Assembly (NCBI GenBank): GCA_963843795.1
Contig: CAWJLW010000006.1
Span: 1,860,001-1,924,000, forward strand
Direction: 5' to 3'
DNA: 64,000 bases
Source of the DNA: an uncultured bacterium
Lineage (GTDB): Bacteria; Armatimonadota; Abditibacteriia; Abditibacteriales; Abditibacteriaceae
Each line of letters starts with the position of its first letter. Within the stretch, counting starts at the first letter, position 1. Below are positions 1 through 10,400 of the stretch, piece by piece. A model generated the notes under the pieces. The model saw only the letters and a program-made list of their open reading frames with translations. It was not told the origin of the DNA and did not search any database. The position numbers and the translations under genes are program-made.

Positions 1-550
1 CGCCGCTTATCGCGTGGAAACGCTTTTAGACGAAATGCGACGCGAACAAAACAGCGGCGCGCCCGGCTGTCAGGCGTTGCTGTGCCACTTGTTTTGTACC
101 TTGATGATTCTGCTGTCGCGCGAATGGCAAAAACAGAACGCCGCCTCTGCGACAAACAGCGCTGCAAGTACTTGCAGTGCGCAAAAATCGCAAACTGCCG
201 CACCGCACGAACGCGGCGATGTGGTCGGCGAAGCGATTGCGTGGATCGAAGAAAATTATGCGCGTCCGGTGCGCGTTTCTGATGTAGCGTCTCATGTTGC
301 TCTCAGTGCGAGCCGATTGTCGCATGTTTTCAAAGAGCGCACAGAGCGCGGCGTCATCGAATATCTGCACGAATATCGCATCGCGCGCGCGGCGCGATTG
401 CTGTGCGAAACATCCCAAAGCGCGCAAAATATCGCGCAACAAACCGGCTTCGGCGACGCGCGCTTTTTTCATCGCTTGTTTCGCCGTCACACCGGCTGCA
501 CGCCAGCCCAATTTCGCCGCCAATTCCAAGATACCGAGATTTTGGGTTGA
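1..550 (+). CDS. AraC-family transcriptional regulator (5'-truncated by window)
   Basis: C-terminal double HTH (VASHVALSASRLSHVFKERT...IAQQTGFGDARFFHRLFRRHTGCTPAQFR); the frame is open to the window edge. Confidence 0.9.
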   Translation, partial: AAYRVETLLDEMRREQNSGAPGCQALLCHLFCTLMILLSREWQKQNAASATNSAASTCSAQKSQTAAPHERGDVVGEAIAWIEENYARPVRVSDVASHVALSASRLSHVFKERTERGVIEYLHEYRIARAARLLCETSQSAQNIAQQTGFGDARFFHRLFRRHTGCTPAQFRRQFQDTEILG

Positions 551-620
551 ATTGGTGCGCTGCAAGTACTTGCAGCGCGCAATTCGTGCGGCAAGCGCGC
601 AAATATCACACACTATTCTT

Positions 621-1801
621 ATGATTCCTTACGCAGCGTTCAGGCGCGACAAAGTGTTCACGAAAAAGGACGAGCCGTTGCGCGTTTACGGCACGCTGGG
701 CGATGGCGAACTGCAAAAGCGCGTCACGGGTGCGATTATCGAATGGTGTTTGCCGCCCGATGTGCGCGACTTCAATTTCGATTTGCTGGACGGCGAAACG
801 CACAGCATCAGCGATGTTCTTTCGCACGCTTCCAACGTGCCGTTTCTGGCCGAGCGGCGCGTGATTCACGTCACGCGCGCCGAAGCGCTGGATAATCTCA
901 ATCGCACGGGCGGCGGCGAAAGCAAAGCCAAAAGCAAAACTTCGCCCGCCAAACATCTGAGCGAAGGTTTGAAAAACCTACCGCCGACAACGGTTTTAAT
1001 TTTGTCGCGCACGCCGGAATAGATTCGACCCAAGCGCGCGCAAAAAAGAAAATCGCTGCATCAATGCCGCAGTCGATAAAGCGCTGGAAGATTCCAAAGG
1101 CGGCGCGGGCTTGATTATCGACTGCTCGATGAACCCGAAAAGCGCGTCCACGATTGTCGCGATGCTGGAAAGCGATGCCGCCGAACAAGGCGTGGCCGTC
1201 GAGCGCGGCGCGATTAATTACTCTGGTCGAGCGCGCGGGCAGCGATGTGGCGTTGTGCGCCAACGAATTGGAAAAGTGCATTTTGCGCGTCGGCGTGGGC
1301 CAGACCGTGACGCGCGCGGTCGTCGAGGAAATGGTGAAAGCCAGCGTGCAAGACACGGTTTTCACGCTCGTCGATGCGATACTCGAAGGCAAAAGCGCGC
1401 GCGCCATCGGTTTGATGCGCGAACTGAGCCAGAACAACGAACCACCGGAACTGATTCTCTCCATGCTTTCCAATCAACTGCGCCAACTGCTGCAAGCGCG
1501 CGCCTTATTGGATGCGCGCCTGCCCGTCGCCGCCGCTTCGTTCGCGCGTTTATCGCCCGAACTGGCCGCGCAAATGCCGGACGGCAACGGCAGCTTGCGC
1601 GGCTCGCTGCAATTCATGGCGTGGAAAGCGCGCACCTTGGAATCGCAGGCGCGCAACTTATCAACTGCCAAAATCGAACATGCGCTGCATTTGTGTTTTG
1701 AAGCCGATTTAGCGCTCAAAGGCATCGAAGGCGATGGCGGCTTGGAAGGCAAAAATCAATCGGCGTTGCTGGTGGAATTGCTGATCACGAAAATGGCATA
1801 A
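621..1801 (+). CDS. holA: DNA polymerase III delta subunit, split by two apparent +1 frameshifts (~1020, ~1221)
   Basis: DFNFDLLDG...PFLAERRVI N-terminus, then LVERAGSDVALCANELEK...VFTLVDAILEG...EADLALKG. The three segments lie in consecutive frames. Confidence 0.8.
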
Positions 1802-1806
1802 ATGTG

Positions 1807-1845
1807 AAAACCGCGCGTGAATTCAATTCACGCGCGGCTTTTTTT
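1807..1845. terminator. Intrinsic terminator between convergent holA and GH16 genes
   Basis: CCGCGCGTGAATT-C-AATTCACGCGCGG hairpin flanked by A and T tracts. Confidence 0.8.
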
Positions 1846-1853
1846 GGTTACGT

Positions 1854-3584
1854 TTACTGCCCTTGATAAACGCGCACCCAATCAACATACATATCGGCGC
1901 GGCCATCGTAGCGCGATAAATCGACCGGCCAACCGCCGCCGGTCGCGAGGTTAATCAGGAAGTAGAACGGATACTCTTTGGACGCGGTCATCGTTTTGTG
2001 GCGCGCGACTTCGATGTTGTCGCAGTAGTAAATCGTATCGGTTTCGGTGATTTTGCAGCCGTAAGTGTGCAAGGCTTCAAACCACGTCGAAGGAATGCCG
2101 AACTTCTTCATTTCGATGGGATTGTTCAAGGCTTTGACGGCGACGGTTTCCATCGCTTTGCCGGTTTCGCCCTGATTCCACGCGTGGGGCGCGATCATAT
2201 ATTTGTCGTAAGCGTTGGGCGAACCCGGGCCTTCGCCGCCGTAGGCTTCGATAATGTCCAATTCATCGACCGGAATTTCGCCATCTTTCTTGCCGTTGTT
2301 CATCGCCGTCATGTAATCGGTCATCAGCCAGAACGCGGGCCAGGTGCCAATCGCGTTCGGGCCGATAAAGCGGCACTCGAAATAACACGGCAGTTTCGCC
2401 GTGATGCCTTTGGCATCGTTGTGAAGCGAAGACAGCAAACCCGCGCTGTTCTTTTTGGCATCAGCGCGAATCCGCAAATACGAATCGACTTGCAGAAACG
2501 GATTTTGCTCGCTTTCGTAATCGGAAAAGCGCAGACTGCTGAAATCCTGGCTGCCGTTGGGCGGTTTGTGCGCGTAATAAGTCGATTTGCTGTCGTTGCC
2601 AATGGAAAGCGGCCCGTTAAAATCATCCGCGAAAACCAGTTTCATGCCTTTGGCTGCTGGTGGCGCAGCGGGCAAACCCTGATTCCAAACCACGCCGCCT
2701 TTGTTGTAAAGCTGCAAATAGCAATGATCGGTAAAGTCGCCGACGGTTCCGGTGAGCGTGACGGTAATCGGGCCGTGCGGGAATTTGTCGGCGGGAAAAA
2801 CGAAGCTGCCTTCGCCTTTGGCATCGAGCGCGACGGTCGCGATTTTCGCATCCGAACCGAACTGGCCGCCCGCTTTCCAACTGCTCGCCGTCATTTGCGT
2901 GAAGCCCGGAGCCGCAAAATTCACGCGCGTATCGCCCTGCACTTCCGCGCCGTAAGCGGGCGAAACCACGCCGACCTGCGCGCCCAAAGTTTCCACCGCG
3001 CTTTTCTCGGCCACAGCGCGCACGCTATCGAAATACAAATCGCTTTCCAGCGGTTTCTGGCTGCTGTTGCCAACTTCGAAAGTCATCGAAGTAATCGGAT
3101 AATCAATCTTGTTGTTCTTATCGCCGCCCCAGGTTTCGTGCGGCGCGTCCAAATCAAGATTAATTTCTTTCCAGCCTTTGAAATCAACCGTCAGGTTTTT
3201 CGGGTCGCGGAATTTGTGGGTTTCGCCTTTGACGTCGATAAGATAGATTCCCAGGTTGCACTTCGAGCCGTCGCCCAACATCATCCAACTGAGCTTGTGA
3301 ATCGGCGCCAAAATTCTGGTATCGACCGGAACGCCGAGATATTCGCCCGCTTTTTCGCCGGTGAATTTGTAATGCAGATGCAGCGCGTTTTTGCCATCGC
3401 GCGTTTGCGCGCCCGATAAATCGACGCTCGCGTTTTCGTTGGGAATATTGACGACCCACACTTTCAAAGGCGCGGTGAACTTTTCGAAATCTTGCACCGT
3501 GATTGGCACGGCGGGCGGCGCGGCCAGTACTTGCGAGGCGGTTGCGCTCGCTAAAAAACCAATCGACCGTACAATACGTTTCAT
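1854..3584 (-). CDS. Secreted GH16-family glycoside hydrolase with N-terminal carbohydrate-binding-like domain
   Basis: Signal peptide; LVFADDF, GTWPAFW, catalytic ELDIIE (ExDxxE), NLATGGGWP, MYVDWVRVYQ. Confidence 0.85.
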   Translation of the reverse strand: MKRIVRSIGFLASATASQVLAAPPAVPITVQDFEKFTAPLKVWVVNIPNENASVDLSGAQTRDGKNALHLHYKFTGEKAGEYLGVPVDTRILAPIHKLSWMMLGDGSKCNLGIYLIDVKGETHKFRDPKNLTVDFKGWKEINLDLDAPHETWGGDKNNKIDYPITSMTFEVGNSSQKPLESDLYFDSVRAVAEKSAVETLGAQVGVVSPAYGAEVQGDTRVNFAAPGFTQMTASSWKAGGQFGSDAKIATVALDAKGEGSFVFPADKFPHGPITVTLTGTVGDFTDHCYLQLYNKGGVVWNQGLPAAPPAAKGMKLVFADDFNGPLSIGNDSKSTYYAHKPPNGSQDFSSLRFSDYESEQNPFLQVDSYLRIRADAKKNSAGLLSSLHNDAKGITAKLPCYFECRFIGPNAIGTWPAFWLMTDYMTAMNNGKKDGEIPVDELDIIEAYGGEGPGSPNAYDKYMIAPHAWNQGETGKAMETVAVKALNNPIEMKKFGIPSTWFEALHTYGCKITETDTIYYCDNIEVARHKTMTASKEYPFYFLINLATGGGWPVDLSRYDGRADMYVDWVRVYQGQ

Positions 3585-3644
3585 CGTTGTGTGTTGCTCC
3601 TCATTTCGTGGTCGCTTTGGCTTCTGCAAGTACTTGCAGCGCGC

Positions 3645-4949
3645 TTAACGACGCAATTCGGCGGCGAGTTCGGTGGCATTACTGACACCGGAAATTTCGG
3701 GTGGTAAGATTCCCATTTCGCGATAAAGTGGCACCACGATTTCGCGCAACGAGGGCAAGCGGCTGGCGAACCATGCCGCAGCGGCCAGCGCGCAAATGCC
3801 GCTGACCAGAATCGTGTGCGGCACGCCGATGCGCGAACTGAGCGCGCCCGCCATCAAGCTGCCAAACGGCATCGTGCCCATAAACGCCATCGTGAAAAAG
3901 CTCATCACGCGCCCACGTTTGTCGTCTTCGACCATCACTTGCATCAGGGTGTTGCTGCTCGCCATTTGCACCATGAAGCCAAAGCCCATCAGCGGCATCA
4001 GCAACAAAGAAAGCCACAACACACGCGAAAACGAAAACGCAATCAGGCCCGCGCCTAAAATTCCAGTCGCCATTGGGATAATGCGGCCCAAACCCACGAC
4101 CGAGCGCCGCGACGCCAGAAACAGCGCGCCGGTCAAAGCGCCGACGCCCGAACCGGCCATCAGATAGCCCAGCGTATGCGAATCGCCGTGCAAAATTTGC
4201 GTGGAAACGGCGGGCATCAAAACCGTGTAGGGCAAGCTGAGCAAACTGACCATCGCCATCAGCAAAAGCAAGGTGCGAATCGGCGCGAAATTCTTGACGT
4301 AAACCCAGCCTTCGCGCAGGGCTTGCATTGGCGCGACGATTTGGCTGGGTTTGGGCGGTTGCGTCACGCGCATCATCATCAAGGAAGCTAGCACCGCGAG
4401 ATAGCTCAAACCATCGAGCAAAAAACACCAGCCTTCGCCAGTCAAAGCGATAATCGCTCCGGCCAAAGCTGGCCCAACCAGACGCGCCGCATTGACCATC
4501 GAGGAATTGAGCGCTATGGCATTGCTCAAATCTTCTTTTTTCTCGATCATCTGCGCCACAAACGATTGGCGCGCAGGCATATCGAAAGCATTGATAAAGC
4601 CTTGCAGCGCGCTCAAAACGACGATGTGATGCACCGTCACTTGGCCACTGAGCGTGAGATACGCCAGCGCCAGCGATTGCACCATCGCCAGCGCTTGGGT
4701 GACTTTCAAAATGCGATGTCGATTGAGCCGGTCCACCCAAACGCCCGCGAATGGCGCGACCAGAAAACTGGGAATTTGTCCGGCGAAACCGACGACGCCG
4801 AGCAAAAGCGTCGAACCGGTCAAACGATAAACCAACCACGACGTGGCAATCGTCGTCATCCAGTTGCCAACTAACGAGACGATTTGTCCGGTGAAAAACA
4901 AACGATAATTGCGGTATTGGAGCGCGCGCGACATCCAGGCCAAATCCAT
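3645..4949 (-). CDS. MFS transporter (DHA3/EntS-like)
   Basis: NYRLFFTGQIVSLVGNWM, GVWVDRLNR motif A, PARQS, RGRVMS; about 12 hydrophobic segments. Confidence 0.9.
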   Translation of the reverse strand: MDLAWMSRALQYRNYRLFFTGQIVSLVGNWMTTIATSWLVYRLTGSTLLLGVVGFAGQIPSFLVAPFAGVWVDRLNRHRILKVTQALAMVQSLALAYLTLSGQVTVHHIVVLSALQGFINAFDMPARQSFVAQMIEKKEDLSNAIALNSSMVNAARLVGPALAGAIIALTGEGWCFLLDGLSYLAVLASLMMMRVTQPPKPSQIVAPMQALREGWVYVKNFAPIRTLLLLMAMVSLLSLPYTVLMPAVSTQILHGDSHTLGYLMAGSGVGALTGALFLASRRSVVGLGRIIPMATGILGAGLIAFSFSRVLWLSLLLMPLMGFGFMVQMASSNTLMQVMVEDDKRGRVMSFFTMAFMGTMPFGSLMAGALSSRIGVPHTILVSGICALAAAAWFASRLPSLREIVVPLYREMGILPPEISGVSNATELAAELRR

Positions 4950-5025
4950 TATGCCATCCTTGAAAACCGTGCGTTTGGCTGCAAATCCTCGCCCCAACTG
5001 CGCTTTATGAGAAGACTTTAACGAT

Positions 5026-5502
5026 TTAATTTTCGCTGCGGTCACGCCACAACGCGCTCGCGCTTAAAGCGCTTGCCAAACTGATATACAACATCCAAAT
5101 CGAGCGTTTCGATAAGTGCGCTTCAACGCCCGGTGTCAGGCGCGGCGGCACGATTTTGTAATCAATCACCCACGCCAGAATCGCCAAGACCGACGCGCAG
5201 CCGACCGTTTTGGCAACGCTTTCGCGGCTTTTGGTGAAGGCGCGCATCGCTTCGAAAATCACGCCCCAGCTAATCATCGCGCTGTCGTTAATTGCCAAAC
5301 CGACGACGCTATGTTTCAAATCCAAACTTTTGGCTTCGAAGGCTTCGTCGTCCCACGCGATATGCGAAATGGCGTTGATGGGTGCGATGGCGTTGCCGTT
5401 TTCAATTTGGCCGCGCACGGCCATTAAAGCCGCGCTGCTGATGGCCGCGACGGTTCCGCTTTTCAAACCATCGGCAAGTACTTGCATCGGGGAAATTTTC
5501 AT
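5026..5502 (-). CDS. Hypothetical membrane protein
   Basis: PINAISHIAW...DYKIVPPRLTPG; ATGA overlap with the upstream gene. Confidence 0.7.
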   Translation of the reverse strand: MKISPMQVLADGLKSGTVAAISSAALMAVRGQIENGNAIAPINAISHIAWDDEAFEAKSLDLKHSVVGLAINDSAMISWGVIFEAMRAFTKSRESVAKTVGCASVLAILAWVIDYKIVPPRLTPGVEAHLSKRSIWMLYISLASALSASALWRDRSEN

Positions 5503-6626
5503 TTGCTCAGTCTCCAATCATCAATAATTTGGCCGTTGTCGGCAATTTGGCGCACGCGCAAAAAGCGCCCTTCGATATCCATTTGCGTGAACGAATAGCG
5601 CGCGTTGGCGAAGGTGTTGGTTTGGTCGTTGGGATTTTTGCGCGCGTATAAGCCCGCGCCACCGGCTCCGGTCACGACGTAAATCACGCCGTTTTGAACT
5701 TTCGAACGGCTGTAAACATGATCGTGGCCGTTGAACACGATGTCGATTTTCAAACGCGAAAACAAAGGCATCAGCGCGCGCGTGCGCGCTTCGTTGCCAT
5801 GCAAACCTTCCGAAATCGGCGGATGATGAAACACGACGAATTTCCACATTTTGTCGCTCGCGTTCATATCGCGCGTCAGCCAGCGTGATATTGGGCCAGC
5901 AAGTACTTGCGCCCGCGCGTTGGAATCTAAAATCGCGATGTGCGCGTCGGCGTAATCGAAAGAATAGTTGCGTTCGGGCGCGATTTCGGGTGGTCCGTTG
6001 CGCGGCAAAACGAACGCATCGAGCCACGGACGACCATTTTGCGTAATCACATCGTGATTGCCCATCGAACCGTAAAACGGCACGCGCGCCAAAGTCGGCG
6101 CGTAAATCGAGAAGAATTTCGGATCGTAATCGCCCGCCGCGCCGCGCGGATAAATCAGGTCGCCAGTGTGCAACAGCAAATCGGGCTTAGCGGCTTCGAT
6201 ACTTTTGGCGAGCCGTTTTTGTCCGCTGCTCGCCTCGCCCGAATCGCCCCAAATCGCGACGCGAAAACGCTGTCCCGCGCTTTTATCGGTTTGAAACGTG
6301 CCCTGCGAAAACCAATTCCCGTTGCTGCCAACGCGATACAAGTAGTTTGTATCGGCGCGCAAACCGTTGAGCTGCACGTTGTGGCGATTGGCCGTTTTGC
6401 TATCGCGGCGCGAATGCCACGATTTTTCATCGGTGCGGCGAAATTCTAAAACCGTCGAAAGCGGGCGCGCTGTGTTCCAAATGAGATACGCGGAATTTGT
6501 GGTGGTATTTTGCAGATAGGGCGCGCGCGTGAGAGTTTGGGTGCTTTGCGCCTGACAGCCGACAGTTGGAAAAAGGCTGCAAGCGAGCAGCAAGTACTTG
6601 CAGGAGATTTTTGTGGTTGCGATCAT
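5499..6626 (-). CDS. Purple-acid-phosphatase-like metallophosphoesterase, exported
   Basis: FN3-like N-domain; GDSG, GDLIY, GNHD, HHP and GHDH motifs; signal peptide. Confidence 0.9.
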   Translation of the reverse strand: MIATTKISCKYLLLACSLFPTVGCQAQSTQTLTRAPYLQNTTTNSAYLIWNTARPLSTVLEFRRTDEKSWHSRRDSKTANRHNVQLNGLRADTNYLYRVGSNGNWFSQGTFQTDKSAGQRFRVAIWGDSGEASSGQKRLAKSIEAAKPDLLLHTGDLIYPRGAAGDYDPKFFSIYAPTLARVPFYGSMGNHDVITQNGRPWLDAFVLPRNGPPEIAPERNYSFDYADAHIAILDSNARAQVLAGPISRWLTRDMNASDKMWKFVVFHHPPISEGLHGNEARTRALMPLFSRLKIDIVFNGHDHVYSRSKVQNGVIYVVTGAGGAGLYARKNPNDQTNTFANARYSFTQMDIEGRFLRVRQIADNGQIIDDWRLSK

Positions 6627-6677
6627 GCGATTCAGTATCGCAAATGAGCGCTGCAAGTACCTGCAGCGGCGTTTTTC

Positions 6678-6778
6678 GTAGGGCGCGGGTCTCTGACCCG
6701 CCCTTTCGCAACACACGAGCGTTTTTTGATGAACTCAAAGCGCGCTCAACAAGGGCGGGTGAGAGACCCGCGCCCTAC
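6678..6778. repeat. GTAG-type REP doublet (REPIN-like)
   Basis: GTAGGGCGCGGGTCTCTGACCCGCCCTT (6678-6705) and its inverted copy (6751-6778), 1 mismatch in 28 bp. Confidence 0.75.
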
Positions 6779-6784
6779 AAATCA

Positions 6785-7234
6785 TCATCTTTCAATCGCC
6801 ACGCGCTGATTGCGACGCGCCAAAAGGCGCAGAATGGCAATCGTCAGCAGTGGAGACAATACCCACGCGCCCGCGATGTCGAGCCAGTCGTGATAACCCA
6901 GTTTCACTACCAAAACGCTATATAAGGCTAACAGTGGAATCGTCAACCAGATCGCGCGCCATTCCCAGACCGCGCCCAACGTGGCGACGCACAATCCGTA
7001 CGCAAGATGGCCGGAGGGAAACCATTTGTGGCCGGGCCATAAATGCAGCCAGCGATTGAGATGCGCGACCACGAAAACGATGCCGATGCACAGCAACCAC
7101 GAAACCAACGTGCGCCCTAGAGGAAAGCGTGGTGAGGTGCGCGCGGTTCGCCATAAAACTAAAAGTGCCCACAATGTGAGCAATGGGTTAACGCTATCGG
7201 CGATCTGATCCAAGCGCGCGAAATCAAGTGTCAT
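6785..7234 (-). CDS. PAP2-family membrane phosphatase-like protein
   Basis: FPSGH and YHDWLDIAG motifs in a hydrophobic protein. Confidence 0.7.
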   Translation of the reverse strand: MTLDFARLDQIADSVNPLLTLWALLVLWRTARTSPRFPLGRTLVSWLLCIGIVFVVAHLNRWLHLWPGHKWFPSGHLAYGLCVATLGAVWEWRAIWLTIPLLALYSVLVVKLGYHDWLDIAGAWVLSPLLTIAILRLLARRNQRVAIER

Positions 7235-7465
7235 GACCCACATTTTACCAGCTGTGCGCCATAGAATCGTGCGAACATTTTCGTGGCATCTCCCGTCGAA
7301 TTCGCATTCTGCGAAGCGATATGAGCAGCGTTTGAGTTTGTGGCGAGGAGCGCAGTGTGCGACAATTATTGATGGATTTGTCTATTTTGTTCGCGCCGCC
7401 TTGATTTCGTCTTTGTTTTTCATCGCATTGTCGTTCATCGCAGCCATTTTTTACAGTTCGCGCCA

Positions 7466-10400
7466 ATGTCCGATTCTTCCCGTTCTTCCCAACGCCGCGA
7501 TAAGCGACGCGATGCGCGCCAAGTGGCGCGTCGCGGCAACATGAGCGGCTGGAAGCGACTGGCTGCTGTGCGTCGCCTTAATGCGCTACGCACGGCCAAT
7601 CGCAGCGACAGTTCGGACGCCCAGCGCGGCCACAGTTCGCAGCACGGTCGCACGCGCGATTTTTTCAAGAGACACCCCGAAACGCGCGGCCCACGCGGAA
7701 TGCGTTTTCTAGGGTTTCTGGTCGCTTTCGCTCTGATTTTCATTGTGGCTCGCCATTATGTTTTGCAGCGCATCGACCCCAATAATATCGTTCAAAATCA
7801 AGTCATTCCCGCGCTGGAAAAACAGCTGGGTAAACGGGTGGAAATCGGGCGCGTACAAACCGATTATCTCGACCGAGTAATTATTGACGACATCGTGATT
7901 GGGCGTGACCCGACTTCGCCCATCGGCGCGCTGATAAAAATTAGTCGCGTCAGCGCCAGCATCGACTTCATCCGTGCCGCGCTCAATTCGAGCGATCCGC
8001 TCAGCGCCCTCAAAAGTGTCACGCTTTTCAATCCGCAGCTCGATCTCAGACGCGATAGCAAGGGCCGTTTGAATGTGCTGGAGCTGGTCAAAAAAGACAG
8101 CAAAGGCCCGTCGGTAAAATTGAACTCAACCTTTTTTATCGAAAAAGGGCGTATTTTTTATACGGACAAAACCATTCGTTCGCGCGGTCAAAACCTGCGC
8201 GTCGATGCGCGCGAAATCGGCGGACAAGTCGCGCTTCACGGCATGCGCCCTACGACCTATAACTTGCAACTGCCCGCGACTTATTTTCCCAGTGTCGCGA
8301 AGCCGGTTCGTGACATCACTACGCTCGGAGAAGTCGATGCCGATGGCCAATGGGCACTGGCCGATTTTAATTTGCCCTCCGCGCCGCTGCCATTATTAGC
8401 GCGCTGGGCCGACCCCGCAGGCCAAGTCAATTTCAGCGGCGGCACGCTGGGGGCGAAAGTGCAAGTCGGTTACGACGCCGCTGTGGTGCCCGCTGAACAA
8501 TGGTTGGCGCGCGGCGATATGACGGTGCGTAACGCGCGCGGATTTACGCGCGCTCTGATCGAGCCAAATACCAAATCTCCACTACAAATTGATGATCTGG
8601 ACGCGCAATTGGGCTTCGACAATCGTTCGCTCACGATTCGCTCGCTGCAAGTACTTGCAGCGGACTCCACGCTCCAGGCGCGCGGCGCTATCGCGTTTCC
8701 CAAACCGCTGTGGCCGCGCAAGACCAATCAAAAGTTGAACCCAATTTTCGATGTCACATTGAACAGCGACGATTTGAATGCGCCGCGTTTTCTGAATTGG
8801 CTACCACCAACTTTATCGCGTCAATATCGCATCACGACCGGACGCGCCAAAATCGACGCACGCGTGCGCGGCAATCTGGATGAATCGCGCGTTTCCGGTG
8901 TGTTGAACACGCTCGCCACGCGAGTTTCAGCGAACGCGTTGAATGTGCAAAGCGCAGCTCTGCGCTCACAATTCGATGTGCGTTTGCAAGCGCCAAACAC
9001 TCGGTTGCGCGGGGGTCGCGGCACGATTTCTCTGCAAACTCCGCTTCTGCAAGTACTTGCAGGCGGAAATTCGCTGCGCGGTCAAAGTTTGAAAAGCGCG
9101 TGGGACTTTTCTTTCGCGCAGCAAGCGCAAAAGTGGAATGGCAGAGCGCGGGGCGAATGGACGCTGCAAGAAGCGCGTGCAGGCGTCAGCGGCATTGATG
9201 CCCAACTGCAAAGCGTGAGCGGCAAAAGCGATGGAGCAATGAGCGGCGCAGCCCTTCAAGCGCGGGTTTCCCTGAACAGCGGCGCTGCGCTCGTGAATAG
9301 CAACGCCATCGGGCGCGCACGCACCAACACCTTACAAAGCGCTTTTTGGTTCGATGGGATGCTGGGACAAGGCCTGAGCGGGCGCGTTGGTGGCGCGCTG
9401 ATCGGCAACAATTTCAGCGCGTTCAAAGCTCGACTGGGCAGTGCCCGCACACCAAAAATTCAGCTGAGCTTTGGCGCTTCCAACCTCGCTTTGACGCCCG
9501 CTGGCCCACAGTTGCGCGGATTGCAGGGAACTTTAAATGGACGCGATCTCGCCGTTTCAGCGGCAGGTTTTGGTAGTGCGAAAATGGCCAGCGCGCAATC
9601 GAGCTTGGAAGCGCAAAGCGTTTTATTCAACGCGAACGGCCCGCAAATGCGTGGGCTGATAGGCAATTTCAACTGGCGAACCTTGACAGCGCGCGCACCG
9701 CAAATCGCGACCGCACAAACTGGCGATGGCGCGGCGATTTTCACAATGGACGCGTTGGAGAGCCGCCGCGCGCAAAACCTGCGCGTAGCGTTGCGTAGCG
9801 GTAGTTTTCAAATCGTGACGCCGCGCGCAGGTCGTCTGAATGGCGACGCGGCGCAAATCTCGTTGCAAACCGAATCGTTTCAATTGGCAAATGTGGGCGC
9901 GGCGGTGTGGCGCGGCGATGCTTCATGGCGCGGAGTCGATGCCGCACGCTTACAGTTGGCCAAACTCTCGCCCCAAGCCGCGCAGCAAATTCAGAACGCG
10001 GGCCGTTCGAGTGGACGCGCGCAGTTCAGCGGTTTGGTATTCAACCGCGTGGCCAGCGCGGTCGATGTCAATAGCGGCGCGTGGTGGCGTTCTTTGCCGC
10101 AAATCACTGGTGAAGCGACCGTCAATAATGCGCGTGTCAGCGATTACGCTTTGGCTGAAGCGCGTGCGCGTTTTTCCTTGAGTGATGGCATTTTAAGTGT
10201 GGACGCCAACCAGATCAGTCGCGATGCCGGGCCGCTGCGCGCCGCGTTTCGGGCCAATTTGCGCGGAGGCTTTCGCGATGTGAACGCCCTGGGCGCGCGC
10301 GTCGATATCAATGTGCCCAACATCAGCGTTCCCGCAAGTCTGGCGAATCCGTATTTGCGCAATTTGGGTTTGCGGGCCGAGGGAATTTTGCGCGGTAGCC

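Noticed and set aside
1998..3419. 473-aa plus-strand ORF, and many similar antisense ORFs
   Set aside because: Shadow of the GH16 gene on the opposite strand, typical of GC-rich DNA; no recognisable motifs.
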